Of a DNA stretch of 64,000 nt, positions 26,749 to 35,885 are shown one piece after another (position 1 is the first letter of the stretch; every line of letters starts with the position of its first letter). The position numbers and the translations under genes are program-made. The notes beneath the pieces were generated by a model. It saw nothing but the letters and a program-made list of their open reading frames with translations. It was not told where the DNA came from and did not search any database. Source of the stretch: Planctomycetota bacterium (GTDB taxonomy: Bacteria; Planctomycetota; UBA1135; UBA2386); assembly GCA_965223545.1 (NCBI GenBank), contig OZ245006.1, forward strand, positions 3,424,001 through 3,488,000, read 5' to 3'.

Positions 26749-27858
26749 TCAAGTACCCGCGGCCGACCGACGCCGCTCGACTTCGCGGGCGAACCACTCC
26801 GCGTCGAGCGGCAGGTCGAGCGTGCGACCCTGCCACGCCGAGCCGACAATCGCGTTGGCGAGCTCGACCGAGGCGACGCCATCGGCGACCGGAGCCAGCA
26901 GCGCGGCTTCGCCCCGTACTGCTGCCGCGAAGTTCTCCAGCACGGCGTTGTGCTGGCCACCGTCGCCGTCGAAGCGCAGCTCCTCGAGCACCGCCTGCGG
27001 AGCCGCGAACCACTCCTCGCTGCTCTGCGCAAACGCGCGCGCGCTGCACTCATTGCGCTCGATCCGCACGCCGTCGTCATCGATCACCACGCGGCCCATC
27101 TCCGCCGCGACCTCGAGCCGGTCGACGCCCGGCGCCTCACCCGTGGAGGTCTCCACCACTACGCGCAGACCGTCGGCGTAGTCCAGGACCGCAACCGCTT
27201 CGTCTTCCACCTCGACGGCGTGGTGCCGGCCGAACCCGCAGAAGCCGGTGACCCGCTGAGGCATGCCGAAGCACCACTGCAGCAGGTCGAGCTGGTGCGA
27301 CGTCTGGCCGAGCAGGACTCCGCCGCCCGCACCGCGCCACGTGCCGCGCCAAGGCCGACTGCGGTAGTAGAACTCGGGGCGGAACCAGCGCGTCGCCGTC
27401 CAGTGCACGCGATGTACTGCCCCGAGTGCTGCCGCACGCAGCTCCCGCCGCAGCCAGGAATAGCGCGGGTCGGTGCGCCGGTTGAGCACGACGCCACACA
27501 CGCGGTCGGGCCGGGCGGCGGCGGCCGCAACGATCTCACGCGCGGCGCGCACATCGGGCGCCAGCGGCTTCTCGATCAGCACGTGCAGGCCGCATTGCAG
27601 CGCGTCGACCGCGATCTGCGCGTGGCTGGGATGCGGTGTGGCGATCAACACCGCGTCCACGGCTCCACTGCGCGCCAGCTCGCGGTGGTCGACGAACGCG
27701 GGCGTCCCCTCGGGCGCGCGCGCGTGCCGGCGCGCATCGCGGCTGCAAACCGCCGTCAAGGCACAGTCACCGGCCGCGCCCTTCGCGAGTCGCTGCAAAT
27801 AGCTGGTGCCCATGCCGCCCAGGCCGACGACTCCCAACCGCAACGCCGGCGCGCTCAC
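26749..27858 (-). CDS. Gfo/Idh/MocA family oxidoreductase
   Basis: GVVGLGGMG, DAVLIATPHPSH, HVLIEKP and GGGVLLGQTSHQLD. Confidence 0.9.
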   Translation of the reverse strand: MSAPALRLGVVGLGGMGTSYLQRLAKGAAGDCALTAVCSRDARRHARAPEGTPAFVDHRELARSGAVDAVLIATPHPSHAQIAVDALQCGLHVLIEKPLAPDVRAAREIVAAAAARPDRVCGVVLNRRTDPRYSWLRRELRAAALGAVHRVHWTATRWFRPEFYYRSRPWRGTWRGAGGGVLLGQTSHQLDLLQWCFGMPQRVTGFCGFGRHHAVEVEDEAVAVLDYADGLRVVVETSTGEAPGVDRLEVAAEMGRVVIDDDGVRIERNECSARAFAQSSEEWFAAPQAVLEELRFDGDGGQHNAVLENFAAAVRGEAALLAPVADGVASVELANAIVGSAWQGRTLDLPLDAEWFAREVERRRSAAGT

Positions 27859-28523
27859 AGCCCTTCTCCGCGACCGACCTTGAAGAACGTCCGGGCGATC
27901 AGGCCCAGATCGTAGCGCAGCAGCGACAGCTGTCCGCGGCGGGCAAACTCGTGGTAGTACGCCGTGTCACACTCCCAGGTCTCGCACTCGGTGCCCTTGG
28001 CCAGCTGGAACACGCCGGTCAGCCCTCCCCGCATGCCCGAGTTGGCGATCAGCGCCAGCCGGTTGGGCTCGTTGCGCGGCACCGGCCGCGGCCCGACGAA
28101 GCTCATGTGACCGGCGAGGATGTTCCACAGCTGCGGCAGCTCGTCCATGTAGTAGCGCTGCAGCAACGCGCCCATCCGCGTGGTGTGGTCTTGGTCGCGC
28201 TCGTGCGCCTTGACCGCCGGCATCCCCTGCCCATCGGCACCGACGAACCCGGCCAAGCTCTGGGGTCGCAGCACGCGGAACTTCAGCAGGGGAAAGAATG
28301 TCCCGTCCGCCGAGCGCCGCTCGGCATAAAGGGGGCTCGCCCAGCCACGACCCGCGAGTAGGTCTTCGAGCACGATGGCCACCGCGATCAAGATGCCGAA
28401 CGGACCGACGACGACGATGCCGCACCCGGCCATCAACCGATCGACGGTCGCCTTGAGCCAGCGCGGACGATCCACCCGGCGCAGAGGAGGCAGCTCGGGC
28501 GTGGGCTCTTTCCACTCGGTCAT
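27855..28523 (-). CDS. Bacterial sugar transferase (small monotopic phosphoglycosyl transferase)
   Basis: KATVDRL, FPLLKFR, MDELPQLWNILAGHMSFVGPRP, GLTGVFQ and YDLGLIART; ATGA overlap with the oxidoreductase. Confidence 0.82.
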   Translation of the reverse strand: MTEWKEPTPELPPLRRVDRPRWLKATVDRLMAGCGIVVVGPFGILIAVAIVLEDLLAGRGWASPLYAERRSADGTFFPLLKFRVLRPQSLAGFVGADGQGMPAVKAHERDQDHTTRMGALLQRYYMDELPQLWNILAGHMSFVGPRPVPRNEPNRLALIANSGMRGGLTGVFQLAKGTECETWECDTAYYHEFARRGQLSLLRYDLGLIARTFFKVGRGEGL

Positions 28524-28600
28524 CTTCCTGGACGGCGAGGCGAAGGCTGCCGCCAGGAACCGCTGCCGTCAAGTCGGGTGACCGGTCGCGCTCCGCTCCC

Positions 28601-29569
28601 TCAGCGCGGGCCGAGCCAACCGATGAGGTTGTCGATGGCGCGGTCGTAGCGCTCCAGCGACCCGTCGCGCAGACGCCAAAGCGCGACGCCAAGGACGGCT
28701 GTGCGACCCCGACCCAGCCCGCCGACGACGAGAAGGGGACGGCCCTCGACTTCATCGGTCCGCAACAAAACCGTGCCTCCGGCGCGCGCTGCACCCAGCC
28801 CACCGTGGTGAGGAGACTGGACACGCCACTGCGCGCCCGACGGGGAGCCGTCCACGCCCACCAACAACGGGTGTGCCGCGCCCGCGGCGGTGACGATCGC
28901 CGCCGACCCGAGCGGCGACCCGTCGCCCACGCTCGCCGCCACCGGCAGCCACGGCCCGAACGGCGTCTGCCACAGCTGGGGATCGCGCGCCGCATCTTCC
29001 AGCACCACGACACCCGCCCCACCGCGCACGCGCGCCTCCAGCGCACTCCACCACTCCGCGGCTTCCAACGGCGTGGCCCAGGCATCGGCCCAACGGACGT
29101 CGCCGATCAAGATCACGTCCGCCGCCGCGACCTGCGCGGCGGTCGGCCGCGGATCGAACGCGGTCGGCGCGGCCTCAGTCCTGTCTTGCTGCAGCCATAC
29201 GTGGGCACGGATCTCGGCGCGCCGGCGCAGCCAGGCAGACAGATAGCGAAACTCCCAAGACGGTGTTCCGGCCAGGTAGAGCACGTGCGAGCGGGCGCCG
29301 CCTTGTGCCAGCCCGTCGCGCTCTGCGCGCGGATTCCAGGCCACGGCCAAGACGACCGCCGCGCCCGCCAGCAGCACCGCGGCAGCCGCCGCCACCCGGC
29401 GCGGCCGGCCCCCGACATCGCGCGGCAGTGGTCGATCTCCGGGATCGGCCAAACCCAACCGCGCCAGCAGCGCGGTCCGCGCCTGCGCGGAAGGCCCGCG
29501 ACCGTGAACTTCTTCGAGACAAGTCTCGATCCACGCCTGGCGCAATGCGCGCGTCTCGGCAGGTGTCAT
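28601..29569 (-). CDS. Putative anti-sigma factor with a TM and an extracytoplasmic GATase-I-like domain
   Basis: ATGA-coupled to the ECF gene; TM AAAAAVLLAGAAVVLAVAW; VLYLAGTPSWEFRYL, DVILIGDV, VRGGAG and PLLVVGGLGRGRT. Confidence 0.6.
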   Translation of the reverse strand: MTPAETRALRQAWIETCLEEVHGRGPSAQARTALLARLGLADPGDRPLPRDVGGRPRRVAAAAAVLLAGAAVVLAVAWNPRAERDGLAQGGARSHVLYLAGTPSWEFRYLSAWLRRRAEIRAHVWLQQDRTEAAPTAFDPRPTAAQVAAADVILIGDVRWADAWATPLEAAEWWSALEARVRGGAGVVVLEDAARDPQLWQTPFGPWLPVAASVGDGSPLGSAAIVTAAGAAHPLLVGVDGSPSGAQWRVQSPHHGGLGAARAGGTVLLRTDEVEGRPLLVVGGLGRGRTAVLGVALWRLRDGSLERYDRAIDNLIGWLGPR

Positions 29570-30087
29570 CGCATCCTCCGTCGTATGCACGACTGCAGCG
29601 CCGCTCGCGTGCGCCGCAGCAAGCTCTTGGTCGCCTCCACGCTCGCGCCGATCCGATCGCCGATCCGGGCGAGGGCGAGCCCCTCGGCGTAGCGCATCTC
29701 CAGCACGTGCCGCTGGCGGAACGCCAAGCCGACCAGACAGGCCTGCAACGCGCCGAGCCACGCCGCGCCGCCGTCGTCGCCCACTTCGCCGAGCCAGAAC
29801 TCCTCGAGCACCGCCGGGTCGACGCTCGCCACCCCATCGCGCTCGCGGGCGCGCTGCCGGGCGAACGCGCGCCGCACCGTCGTGCGCAGCCACGACGCCG
29901 TGACTCCGGCGCCGCGGTCCACCGGCGGCCGCGCCATCAGCCGGACGAACGCCTCCTGCACGAGGTCGTCGGCCTGGGCCGGCGACGCCCCCAGGAACCG
30001 CGCGTAGCGCCAGGTCGGTGCGTAGTGCGCATCGACCAGTGGCTTGTCGACGCGGACGGCGGCGGGGGACTCGACGGGGAGGACCAA
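29566..30087 (-). CDS. ECF RNA polymerase sigma factor
   Basis: ADDLVQEAF, SWLRTTVR and LEMRYAEGLALARIGDRIGASVEATKSLLRRTRAAL. Start uncertain (TTG at 30087 assumed). Confidence 0.8.
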   Translation of the reverse strand: MVLPVESPAAVRVDKPLVDAHYAPTWRYARFLGASPAQADDLVQEAFVRLMARPPVDRGAGVTASWLRTTVRRAFARQRARERDGVASVDPAVLEEFWLGEVGDDGGAAWLGALQACLVGLAFRQRHVLEMRYAEGLALARIGDRIGASVEATKSLLRRTRAALQSCIRRRMR

Positions 30088-30148
30088 TGCAAACAGAGAA
30101 CGGGGAGCCCGCGGTCGGGGTCGCGAAATCCGGCGGCGGCCGCCCGAC

Positions 30149-31270
30149 CTATCGACCGCGGATCGCGGCGGCGGCGGCCTGGGCGGCCGCGGCGACCTCC
30201 TCACCGAACACGTCCGCCCGGCTGTATTGGGCCAAGATCGGCAGCGCGGCCCCCGCCCCACGGCCGAGGTTGCCGAGGGCGGCAAACAGGATCTCCAAGA
30301 ACGCATCGTCGCGCGTCGGGTTGCACAGCGACAAGAGGATCTCGGTCGCTTCTTCCGCCCGTTCGCGATGCAGCGAGAGGCCGCGCACCGCGCGCTGCAA
30401 GCGCTCGGGGTCACCCTCGTGAACCCACCGCCACAGCACCGCGAACGCGAGGGGATGTGCCGGCGCGATCGCCGCCAACGCCTCTTCGAAGCAGAAGACG
30501 GCATCGCCGGTGAGGCCGAAGTCCATCAGCTCGTCGTCGACGGAGCCCTCGTGCAGTGCCTCGAGCCACTTGGCGATCGCGGGTCCGGCGGCGGCCCCCT
30601 GCGTGCGCCGGGTCGCCAGCACGCGCGCGGCAAACATCGCCTCGACGACCCGATCCCGCTGCACCCGGCGGACGAGCTCATCGGTGGTCGCCAACGGCGA
30701 CACCGCCAGGCGTCGGTGCAACCGCATCGCAGCGCCGCGCATCCACCACGCCGAGATGTCGGCGTTGCGGTGCGTGACCTCGGGCGACGCCCACGACAAC
30801 AGCTGCTCGCGAGTCGGCGCCCGGATCGCGGCGAGGTCGTTGGCCAACGTCACGTGCCAGGGGCCGAGCTCCGCGATGATCGCCAGCGCGACGAACTGGC
30901 TCGCGAACCGCCGCCGGCGCAGCTCGGAGAGCGCGGCGCGCACCGCGGGCTCGCTACCGGGACCGAGCCGGCGCAGCACGTCGATCACGCGGTCGGCGGC
31001 CGGCCACAAGCGCCGCGGGTCTGCCTCGCCTTGCATCCGTTCGAACAGATGCTCGGCCACCGCCCGCCCGGCAGCGGGACCGAGCAAGAACACCTCTTCG
31101 GCGACGGCCGCGAGCTCGTACTGCGACTGCAGCGCCTGCGGCAAGACGCGCTCCAGCCGCGCGCGCCATTCCGGGTCCTGCCGGCCCGCCCCCCGGCCCG
31201 CCCACAGGACCGCACCTCCCGCGGCTGCCGCCACGAGCGCAAAGAAGACCATTCGTCGAGGCGATCGCAT
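30149..31270 (-). CDS. Exported alpha-helical (HEAT-repeat-like) protein
   Basis: Signal-like MRSPRRMVFFALVAAAAGGAVLW; repeated LxxLGPxAxxAxP-type units (LRRLGPGSEPAV, LGNLGRGAGAALP). Confidence 0.55.
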   Translation of the reverse strand: MRSPRRMVFFALVAAAAGGAVLWAGRGAGRQDPEWRARLERVLPQALQSQYELAAVAEEVFLLGPAAGRAVAEHLFERMQGEADPRRLWPAADRVIDVLRRLGPGSEPAVRAALSELRRRRFASQFVALAIIAELGPWHVTLANDLAAIRAPTREQLLSWASPEVTHRNADISAWWMRGAAMRLHRRLAVSPLATTDELVRRVQRDRVVEAMFAARVLATRRTQGAAAGPAIAKWLEALHEGSVDDELMDFGLTGDAVFCFEEALAAIAPAHPLAFAVLWRWVHEGDPERLQRAVRGLSLHRERAEEATEILLSLCNPTRDDAFLEILFAALGNLGRGAGAALPILAQYSRADVFGEEVAAAAQAAAAAIRGR

Positions 31271-31460
31271 GCCAATCCTCGCGTGCAGGGAGCGACGGCG
31301 GCCCGAGGCCGGCCGGCCTGTCCTACCGACCCGATCACCCGCGGTAACCGCACCCAATGCCGCTCAAGCCCGAGTGCTCGTTTTGCCGACAGTAACCGCA
31401 GCGGCGGCCGTGGTCGCCACCCCCGCTCCCCGACCCCACAGCGCCAACGAGGTCGCTCCG

Positions 31461-32360
31461 ATGACGCCCGAGTACACGTCCCCCCAGGTGGTCGCCGAGA
31501 TCGGCTGCAATCACCTCGGCCGCATGGAGGTCGCGTTCGAGCTGATCGACCTCGCCCGGCAGGCCGGCGCGCAGCACGTCAAGCTGCAGAAGCGCACTCC
31601 ACGCGAGCTGCTTACGCCGGAACAGTACGCGGCACCTCACCCCAACCCACACCACAGCTACGGTGCGACCTACGGCGAGCACCGCGAGTTCCTCGAGCTG
31701 GACCAGGAGCAGCACGCGGAGCTGAAGCAGCACGCCGAGGCACAAGGGCTGATGTACTCGTCCTCGGTGTGGGACGTCACCGCCGCCCGCCAGATGGTCG
31801 AGCTCGGCCTCACGCACATCAAGGTGCCGTCGGCGTGCAACAACCACTTCGACCTGTTGCGCGTGCTGCGGGACGAATACGACGGCGGCGTGCACCTCTC
31901 GTTCGGCATGACCACCCATGCCGAGGAGCGCGCGGTCATCGAGTTCTTCGCCGCCACCGGTGCGGCCCGCGACCGGCTCGTGATCTACGCGTGCACGTCC
32001 GGCTACCCGGTGCCGTTCGAGGACGCCTGCCTGCTCGAGATCGAGCGGCTGCGCAGCACCTACGGGAGTGACGTGGCGCAGGTCGGCTTCTCCGGCCACC
32101 ACCTGGGCATCGCCATCGACATCGCCGCCTACACGCTGGGCGCCGCCTGGATCGAGCGCCACTTCACCAAGGACCGCACCTGGAAGGGCACCGACCACGC
32201 GGCCTCGCTCGAGCCGCCCGGGCTGCAGAAGCTGGCCCGCGATCTGGCGGCGACCCATCGCGCCCTGACTTACAAGCCGACCGAGCTGCTCGAGATCGAG
32301 CAGCCGCAACGAGACAAGCTCAAGTTCCGCCAAGCGACTCCAGCGCCCTCCAACCGATGA
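31461..32360 (+). CDS. NeuB-family nonulosonate synthase, KDN-9-phosphate synthase-like
   Basis: VAEIGCNH, KLQKR, HPNPHHSYGATYGEHREFLE, SSVWD, IKVPS, CTSGYP, GFSGH and IERHFTKDRTWKGTDHAASL. About 299 aa, no C-terminal SAF domain. Confidence 0.9.
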   Translation: MTPEYTSPQVVAEIGCNHLGRMEVAFELIDLARQAGAQHVKLQKRTPRELLTPEQYAAPHPNPHHSYGATYGEHREFLELDQEQHAELKQHAEAQGLMYSSSVWDVTAARQMVELGLTHIKVPSACNNHFDLLRVLRDEYDGGVHLSFGMTTHAEERAVIEFFAATGAARDRLVIYACTSGYPVPFEDACLLEIERLRSTYGSDVAQVGFSGHHLGIAIDIAAYTLGAAWIERHFTKDRTWKGTDHAASLEPPGLQKLARDLAATHRALTYKPTELLEIEQPQRDKLKFRQATPAPSNR

Positions 32361-33559
32361 GCGCGGTCGCCTTCGTGCCGGTGCGGGGCGGCAGCAAGGG
32401 CATCCCCGACAAGAACATCCGCCCCTTCTGCGGCCGGCCCCTGGTGGCCTGGATCCTGCACGCGCTGGAAGCGGCGCAGCGCGTGCAGCGCGTCGTCGTG
32501 TCGACCGACTGCGAACGCATCGCATCGGTGGTCCGCGCACTCCGTCTCGGCAAGGTCGAGGTGTTCCACCGCAGCGCCGCGACCGCGACCGATACCGCGA
32601 GCACCGAGAGCGCGATGCTGGAGTTCCTCGCCGCCGATTCGATCGCCGACGAGACGCCGTTCGTCCTGGTGCAGGCGACCTCGCCGTTCACGCGGGCGGC
32701 CGACATCGATACCGCGCTGGCGCGCTTCGACGCCGAGCCGTGCGACTCGATGCTCTCCGTCGCCCGCGTCCGGCGCTTCTTCTGGAGCGACGACGGCATG
32801 CCGCTCAACTACGAGCCGCGGCACCGGCCGCGCCGGCAGGACTTTGCCGGCAGCCTGATCGAGAACGGCGCGTTCTACATCAACCGCGCGGGCACCGTGC
32901 GTCGCTACCGCAACCGCCTGCACGGCGACGTGCTGCCCCACGAGATGGCCGAGCACAGCGTGCTCGAGCTCGACGAGCCGGACGATTGGCTGATCGGCGA
33001 AGCACTGATGCGGCGCCATGGCGGAGTCACACAGCTGCCGCCACCGAAACTCGCGCTGGTGTTGACGGACGTCGACGGCGTCCTCACCGACGGCGGCATG
33101 TACTACGGCAACTCCGGCGAGGAGAGCAAACGCTTCAACACCCTCGACGGGATGGCATTCGAGCTGGCGCGCAACGCCGGCCTGCGCACCGGCATCGTCA
33201 CCGGCGAGTCGACCGACCTGGTCGCGCGGCGGGCGGCGAAGATCGGCGCGGACTTCGTGTATCAGGGCATTCGCGACAAGCTCCCCGTCGTCGAGCGACT
33301 GTGCGCGGAGCTCGGCATCGGCTTGCAGCAAGTCGCCTACGTGGGCGACGACCTCGGCGACTTGGAGGTGCTGCGCGCGGTGGGTCTGGCGGCGTGCCCT
33401 TCGACCGCGGTGGCCGCGGTGCGAGATGTGGTCCACTACGTCTGCGAACGCGCCGGGGGCCAGGGTTGCCTGCGGGAGGTCGTGGACCGGTTCGTGATGC
33501 CGACGGCGCTCGCCGAAGCGGCAAGCCACAATGACCAACTTCGTGCCGTCGCACGCTGA
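32357..33559 (+). CDS. CMP-nonulosonate synthetase (NeuA-like) fused to a KdsC-like HAD phosphatase
   Basis: PVRGGSKGIPDKN, QATSPF, ENGAFY and ELDEPDD, followed by TDVDGVLTDG and YVGDDLGD. Confidence 0.9.
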   Translation: MSAVAFVPVRGGSKGIPDKNIRPFCGRPLVAWILHALEAAQRVQRVVVSTDCERIASVVRALRLGKVEVFHRSAATATDTASTESAMLEFLAADSIADETPFVLVQATSPFTRAADIDTALARFDAEPCDSMLSVARVRRFFWSDDGMPLNYEPRHRPRRQDFAGSLIENGAFYINRAGTVRRYRNRLHGDVLPHEMAEHSVLELDEPDDWLIGEALMRRHGGVTQLPPPKLALVLTDVDGVLTDGGMYYGNSGEESKRFNTLDGMAFELARNAGLRTGIVTGESTDLVARRAAKIGADFVYQGIRDKLPVVERLCAELGIGLQQVAYVGDDLGDLEVLRAVGLAACPSTAVAAVRDVVHYVCERAGGQGCLREVVDRFVMPTALAEAASHNDQLRAVAR

Positions 33560-35078
33560 AGCCACCGCGACCGCGGCAGCCGCGGCGCCAGCCGCCGCGC
33601 ACGCCGCGGCGCTCGACGCGCCGCGCCGCGCGTTCTTGGGCATCGAGGCCGAGCATGCGCTGTTCGACCGCACGGCCGACGGCTGCCGCGCGTGGGACTA
33701 CCTGCGGGTCGAGGTCTACGACGCGCTGATCCGCGGCCTCGGCCTACTGGGCGAGAAGCACGACGCGCCGCACCGCACGTGGCGCGGCTACGCGCGCCAT
33801 TCCGCGGCCGTCGCCCAAAGCCTGGTGCGGCACAACCCGTTCTTCGCCCGGCCCGCCGAGCTGTGCGTGATCGCCCACCCCCGCCGGCGCCTCGAGCCCG
33901 ACGGCACCTACTGGGATCCCTACACCGACCCGCTGTTGGACGGCTTGCAGCGCGACGCGCTGGTGCTGGAGCGCCCCTACCTCAACCAGCACCGCAGTCC
34001 GGCGCATCCGCGCCGCATCGCCCACCTCGACGCCCTGGCCCTCGCCGCGGCCGCCCGCCGCGCGGTGCGCCCGACAGCGCTGGATGCGGCCGACACCGCC
34101 TGGCTGCTTCAGCTCGAACAGGCGCTGGCGCGCGAGTTCGACGTCGCGGTCCCGGTGCGCGCGATGGCCATCGCCAAGCTCGCTCTGCGCCGAGCGCAGC
34201 TCCCGCTGTGGCGACGGCTGCTGCGCCGGATCTCGCCGCGCGCCGTCCTGCTGGTCGTCAGCTACGGCAACGAGATCCCCATCGAAGCCTGCCGCCACCT
34301 CGGCATCCCCACCGTCGAGCTACAACACGGCGTGATCTCCCCGCAAAACCTCGGCTACCACTTCCCGCTGCCCGGCTGCCGAAAAGAGCTGTTCCCCGAC
34401 TGGCTGTTCACCTTCGGCGACTTCTGGCGGACGGCTGCCGCCTTCCCGCTACCGCGCGACCGCGTGGTCTCGGTCGGCTTCCCCTATCTGGAAATGCGCC
34501 GCTCGACGACGCGCACCGCGCAGCCGCGCCGCGGCGTGCTCATCGTCTCGCAGAAGTCCAACGGCGTCGCGCTCTCGCGCCTCGCCGTCGAGCTGCGCCA
34601 GCGCCTCGAACCCGACACGCCGGTGATCTACAAGCTGCACCCCGGCGAACAGCGCGACTGGCGCATCAACTACCCCTGGCTCGCGGCATCGCCGGTGCGG
34701 GTGATCCAAGGCGATCACCCCCACCTCTACGATCTGTTCACCCAGTCCGAGCTGCAGATCGGCACGTACTCCACCGCCCTGTTCGAGGGCTTGAGCTTTG
34801 GCCTCGAGACCTGCGTCGCCGCGCTGCCTGGGGCGGAGGCGCTGGCGCACTTGGTGGATGCGTGCGAGGCCGCGCACTGGGTGCGTGGGGTGGAAGACGT
34901 GGTGCGGGCGCTGCGGGTGCGGCGGGGCCGGTCGGCTCCGATCGATGCGGGGGCGTGGTTTGCTGGGGGCGCGATCGAGAACGCCGAGGCGGCTTTGGGC
35001 CGCGCTCTAGCGACAACGCAGGGCGACGGTCGCTCCGCAGTAAGTGGAAGGTGCCGGGCCCCTGCTTGGCTGCCTTGA
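33531..35078 (+). CDS. Putative glycosyltransferase (nonulosonyl-transferase candidate, GT-B-like)
   Basis: Overlaps the CMP-synthetase gene; IPTVELQHG, FTFGDFW, VGFPYL, IYKLHPGE and YSTALFEGL resemble capsule/sialyltransferase-associated GT-B proteins. Confidence 0.6.
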   Translation: MTNFVPSHAEATATAAAAAPAAAHAAALDAPRRAFLGIEAEHALFDRTADGCRAWDYLRVEVYDALIRGLGLLGEKHDAPHRTWRGYARHSAAVAQSLVRHNPFFARPAELCVIAHPRRRLEPDGTYWDPYTDPLLDGLQRDALVLERPYLNQHRSPAHPRRIAHLDALALAAAARRAVRPTALDAADTAWLLQLEQALAREFDVAVPVRAMAIAKLALRRAQLPLWRRLLRRISPRAVLLVVSYGNEIPIEACRHLGIPTVELQHGVISPQNLGYHFPLPGCRKELFPDWLFTFGDFWRTAAAFPLPRDRVVSVGFPYLEMRRSTTRTAQPRRGVLIVSQKSNGVALSRLAVELRQRLEPDTPVIYKLHPGEQRDWRINYPWLAASPVRVIQGDHPHLYDLFTQSELQIGTYSTALFEGLSFGLETCVAALPGAEALAHLVDACEAAHWVRGVEDVVRALRVRRGRSAPIDAGAWFAGGAIENAEAALGRALATTQGDGRSAVSGRCRAPAWLP

Positions 35079-35254
35079 CTGACAACGGCCAAGGATGACA
35101 ACACCTACTTCCACAATCAGAACCAAACCCTCTGCGAAACCGTGAAGCGCGAGCGCGGTTGCCACTTATCGGGGTGGGGTTCGCGTGCTATCGCGACGCA
35201 ACTGCATAGGTGAGGGTTCGGGTCTGGCCCGAGGCGAGCGGCCTTGACCACAGC

Positions 35255-35761
35255 TCACCCGTCTCCGTGGTACTGAGACACAGCGACGCAAAACAACCGA
35301 ACACATTCGAGGAACGGCTCTCTCATTGTGACCACCGTTCCGCTTAGGGCAACGCCGGGAAGACTCTCGTCTTCGATTCCATCCCCCACCCGCCGTATAG
35401 CGTTAGCGGGTTCGAACTTGTCCTTCGACAAATCCCCGGAGTTGTGGGTCCACGCGTTCCGCAGATGTCGCATCGCTTCGCACCACTCGCTGCTCAGCCT
35501 CTTGGTCGACCATATCTTGGAGTTGGCAACGAAGTCCTCAAAGCACTTCACCGCCTTGCCCGTCTTCCGCCAGGATCGTTTGCCGTACTTGCCTTCTAAA
35601 TAGGACATCGCTCCCGCGAGAAAAACACCACAGGCATGATGTTCGATGATGTGCTTCTCCTGAGCGTGCGTCTCGGGTCGCCCATTGTCGTCGTGAATGG
35701 CCATCGCAAGCGCGTGCGGGATGCGCCTCGCCATCACAAGGAACTCCGATCGTTCCGACAT
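35255..35761 (-). CDS. Lower-GC hypothetical protein with a HEPN-type RxxxxH motif
   Basis: About 168 aa, helical, with LRNAWTHNSG. Lys-rich with atypical codon usage. Start uncertain. Confidence 0.55.
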   Translation of the reverse strand: MSERSEFLVMARRIPHALAMAIHDDNGRPETHAQEKHIIEHHACGVFLAGAMSYLEGKYGKRSWRKTGKAVKCFEDFVANSKIWSTKRLSSEWCEAMRHLRNAWTHNSGDLSKDKFEPANAIRRVGDGIEDESLPGVALSGTVVTMREPFLECVRLFCVAVSQYHGDG

Positions 35762-35859
35762 ATCGCAGTCACTCTTTTCGCACTCTCGCGTCGAGCCGAG
35801 AGCTAGTCCGAGGCTACAAAGAGCATTCGACTTGCGCACCTTCTGTCAACGAGGCATCC

Positions 35860-35885
35860 TGGACCGCCCTGGGTTTTTCGAAGAC
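35860..35885. mobile_element. Possible isolated IS3-family terminal inverted repeat remnant
   Basis: TGGACCGCCCTGGGTTTTTCGAAGAC resembles IS3/IS51-group ends (TGAACCGCCCCGGGTTT..GGAGAC). No transposase or partner end was seen. Confidence 0.35.
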
